NCBI GenBank assembly: GCA_963725865.1
Contig: CAVSAC010000012.1
Coordinates: forward strand, 1,088,001 to 1,152,000
DNA from: Candidatus Eiseniibacteriota bacterium
GTDB taxonomy: Bacteria; Eisenbacteria; RBG-16-71-46
Reading direction: 5' to 3'
DNA length: 64,000 nt
This document shows positions 59,786 to 64,000 of this stretch, piece after piece. Made by a program: the position numbers and the translations under genes. Under the pieces are notes generated by a model, which saw only the letters and a program-made list of their open reading frames with translations, had not been told where the DNA came from and made no database searches. Each line of letters starts with the position of its first letter. Within the stretch, counting starts at the first letter, position 1.

Positions 59786-59799
59786 TTATCTACGAAGTG

Positions 59800-59839
59800 A
59801 CGTGAAGGCCCGCCGGGGAGTCTCGGCGGGCCTTCACGT
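59800..59839. terminator. Terminator hairpin after tRNA-Ala (likely bidirectional)
   Basis: ACGTGAAGGCCCGCCG-8 nt-CGGCGGGCCTTCACGT, 16-bp perfect stem. Confidence 0.75.
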
Positions 59840-59935
59840 TGGCGCGGCGCCCCGTTCCGGCCCCTGGCCCGGCCCGGCGGCGCCGACGGCGCTGGCGCCC
59901 TCGGGGTCAGCCCGCCACGGGCGCCGCGGCACTCA

Positions 59936-60519
59936 TTAGAGTGCGTGCGGCCTCACGGGCTCCGGCTCGCGGGCGCTCTCCTCGATCAGCCGCTCGAGTG
60001 CGTCGCGGGTCGCGGGCGCCAGCCAGTCCACCTCGCCCTCCTGCGCGATCGCCACGCGGCCGCGCGCATCGAGCACGTACGTGTAGGGCACGCTCGGGCA
60101 CGGCAGCGCCGCGCGCATCGTGCGGCGTCCGTCGATCAGCACCAGCAGGCGCAGCCGTTGCCGAGCGATGAAGCGCGCCACCGACGGGAACGGATCCGCG
60201 CACACTACCGCGACGTGCACGTGCTCCATTCCGGGCGTGCGGCGCAGCGAGTCCAGCGTGCTCACCTGCAGTTTCGCGTGGCGCTGCCAGGGCGCCCAGT
60301 AGTGCACCAGCAGCACACCCTCGCCGTCGTGCAGCCGCGCCATCCCGATCGGCACCGCCGGGAGCACGACGTCGAGCGCGATGTGCGGCCGCGCCGCGGC
60401 CGGCGTCAGCACGAGCGCGCGCGGGTCGCCGCTGCGGCCGACCACGAACAGTTGCGCGTGCCACAGCCAGATCGCGAACCCGGCGGCCAGCACCGTGAAC
60501 AGCAGCGTGGGCGGGCGCA

Positions 60520-60520
<1 letters not shown>
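59936..60520 (-). CDS. TlpA/ResA-like thioredoxin-fold membrane-anchored protein without CxxC
   Basis: VLLVHYWAPWQRHA, VPYTYVLDARG, GEVDW; ATG overlaps the cstA stop. Confidence 0.7.
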
Positions 60521-62373
<1,853 letters not shown>

Positions 62374-62521
62374 GCGGGGGTCCTCGGGTGCACGCGGACG
62401 TCGAACGCGTCAGTCTAGCGGCGCGCGCGGTGGCGCATCAACGTCCGAAGCGCGGCATGCCGCGGCCGGTGGCCGGCAGCGGACGGGAGCAGGTGACTCG
62501 CGGAGCGGCGGACGGCGGCGC

Positions 62522-63481
62522 TCAGGCCGCGACGCTGTAGCGCGTGGCGTCGGCGGGCTCCTGCGCGTACAGCTTCAGGAACACGGCGACCACCTGGGGA
62601 TCGAACTGGGCCCCGCTGGCCTGGCGGATGATCTCGACCGCCTGGGTGTGGGTGCGGCTCTTGCGGTAGGCGCGTTCGCTGACGATGGCGTCGTAGGTGT
62701 CGGCCACCGCGATGATGCGCGCGCCGATCGGGATCGCCTCGCCCTTGAGGCCCTTGTAGCCGTTGCCGTCCCAGCGCTCGTGGTGATACGCGACCATCGG
62801 GATCACGCGCTTGAGGATGCCGCCCATGCTGCGCATCAGTCGGGCGCCGTGGTCGACGTGGCTCTTCATCTCGCTGAACTCGTCGTCCGTGAGCCCGGCC
62901 GCCTTGCGCAGCACCTCGGTGCTGATCTCGATCTTGCCGATGTCGTGCAGGAATCCGCCGATGCGGATGTCCTCGATCAGGTCCTCGCGCAGGTGCAGCG
63001 CGTGCGCCATCTCGACCGAGTAGTCGGCGACGCGGCGCGAGTGGTCCTCCGTGTACTTGTCGGCGGAGTCGATCAGCTTCGACATCAACTCGATGATGCC
63101 CTCGTAGGCGTCGCGCAGCTCGCGCAGTTGCAGCTCCTTGGTCTCGTAGAGGGTGCCCACGACGTACGACGTGAGGATCAGGAAGCAACCCCAGGTGCCG
63201 AGGTCGAGCCAGCGCATCCAGGCTTCGGGGTCGGCGGCGCCGAACTGACGCGCGCTCGCGAGCGCGATCAGGAACACGATCGCGCAGGCGGCCACCGCCG
63301 AGTACACGCCCTTGCGCAAGCCCATCGTGTAGGCGCCGAACACCACGGGCAGGTAGTAGAAGTTCAGGAACGCGCGCTGGTTCACGACGAAGAAGTTGAT
63401 GACCCCGGTGATCGCGACGATGCCGAGCAGCACGAGCAGGCTGCCATCGACGCTCCACCAGGCACGGCGGCGGGTGGTCAC
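62522..63481 (-). CDS. Membrane-bound HD-GYP domain protein
   Basis: About 4 TM segments, [43 protein letters not shown] overlaps the upstream stop. Confidence 0.88.
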   Translation of the reverse strand: MTTRRRAWWSVDGSLLVLLGIVAITGVINFFVVNQRAFLNFYYLPVVFGAYTMGLRKGVYSAVAACAIVFLIALASARQFGAADPEAWMRWLDLGTWGCFLILTSYVVGTLYETKELQLRELRDAYEGIIELMSKLIDSADKYTEDHSRRVADYSVEMAHALHLREDLIEDIRIGGFLHDIGKIEISTEVLRKAAGLTDDEFSEMKSHVDHGARLMRSMGGILKRVIPMVAYHHERWDGNGYKGLKGEAIPIGARIIAVADTYDAIVSERAYRKSRTHTQAVEIIRQASGAQFDPQVVAVFLKLYAQEPADATRYSVAA

Positions 63482-64000
63482 GACGCCTTCTTCACGCCGT
63501 TCGCGCGCCGGCCGCTGGCGGGTCGTTTCGGCGCGTCTTCCGCCGGGCGGCCGTTCCCGTCGCTCTTGGGGTCCGAGCCCTCGGCGTCCACGCCGCAGTA
63601 GGGGCAGAACGTCCAGTCGGGGTGCAGTCGGCGGCGGCACGACTCGCAGTGGTCGCCGACGAAGTCGCCGCACGCGGGGCAGTAGTCGAAGTCCTGGCTG
63701 AGCACCGACTGGCACGAGGGGCACACGCGCCCGACCTGCTCGGCGAGGTACACGACGCGCATGACCTCCTCGAGCGTGGTGCGGCCGTCGAGCACCTTGC
63801 GCAGGCCGTCCTCGCCGATCGAGCGCATGCCGGCCTCGACCGCCGCCTGGCGGACGACGGTGTCGGGCTGGCGCATGTGCACCAGCGAGCGGATGTGGTC
63901 GTCGACCTCGAGCAGCTCGAAGATGCCGGTGCGGCCCGAGTAGCCCGAGTCGTGGCACTGCGAACAGCCGACCGCGCGCCAGAGCTTGACCGGGGCGCCC
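63478..64000 (-). CDS. PilB/GspE-family secretion ATPase, C-terminal part, with appended double zinc ribbon
   Basis: [20 protein letters not shown]...[11 protein letters not shown] followed by four CxxC motifs; 5' end lies outside the window. Confidence 0.88.
   Translation of the reverse strand, partial: GAPVKLWRAVGCSQCHDSGYSGRTGIFELLEVDDHIRSLVHMRQPDTVVRQAAVEAGMRSIGEDGLRKVLDGRTTLEEVMRVVYLAEQVGRVCPSCQSVLSQDFDYCPACGDFVGDHCESCRRRLHPDWTFCPYCGVDAEGSDPKSDGNGRPAEDAPKRPASGRRANGVKKAS

Noticed and set aside
59786..59935. Island insertion at tRNA-Ala
   Set aside because: The tRNA is followed directly by its terminator and host-like genes; no integrase or repeat.
60270..60300. Selenocysteine recoding in the thioredoxin-like protein
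   Set aside because: The CxxC positions are CAG and GCG sense codons; there is no in-frame TGA.

Overview
Very GC-rich bacterial window. A C-terminal SWGxVKxRYR motif, FlgD-Ig-tailed secreted proteins and a kinase-TolB fusion suggest a Ca. Eisenbacteria/Krumholzibacteria-like lineage (inference). Contents, left to right: (1) 1-5.4 kb, an anaerobic benzoyl-CoA operon (had-oah-dch-tetR-bcrC-bcrB...) whose sigma70 promoter is covered by a perfect 24-bp palindrome. (2) A Ser/Thr kinase. (3) 8.4-19.3 kb, an eight-gene minus-strand catabolic operon of unknown substrate: GNAT-like protein, Cys-less thiolase, DUF35, xanthine-dehydrogenase-family FAD subunit, fused Fe-S/Mo subunit, YahF/FdrA, YahG/DUF1116, cyclase-family amidohydrolase, plus a closing DUF2877. 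A terminator-like hairpin lies in its leader. This is the best candidate for an undescribed system. (4) Envelope and peptide genes, a uracil-type NCS2 permease and an alpha-2-macroglobulin carrying compensating frameshifts. (5) About 36.2-54.9 kb, a decayed accessory island ending at tRNA-Leu(CAA), with cbpA/cbpM, groES/EL, an HtrA-like protease, secreted beta-propellers, a Mug glycosylase, an eRF1-like small protein and remnants of mgtA, a URO-D family gene, a Usp and an integrase. (6) DUF853, tRNA-Ala(GGC), cstA with a CxxC-less thioredoxin-like partner, an HD-GYP protein and the end of a PilB/GspE ATPase. No CRISPR array was seen. All product calls come from motif recognition by eye, not from database searches.
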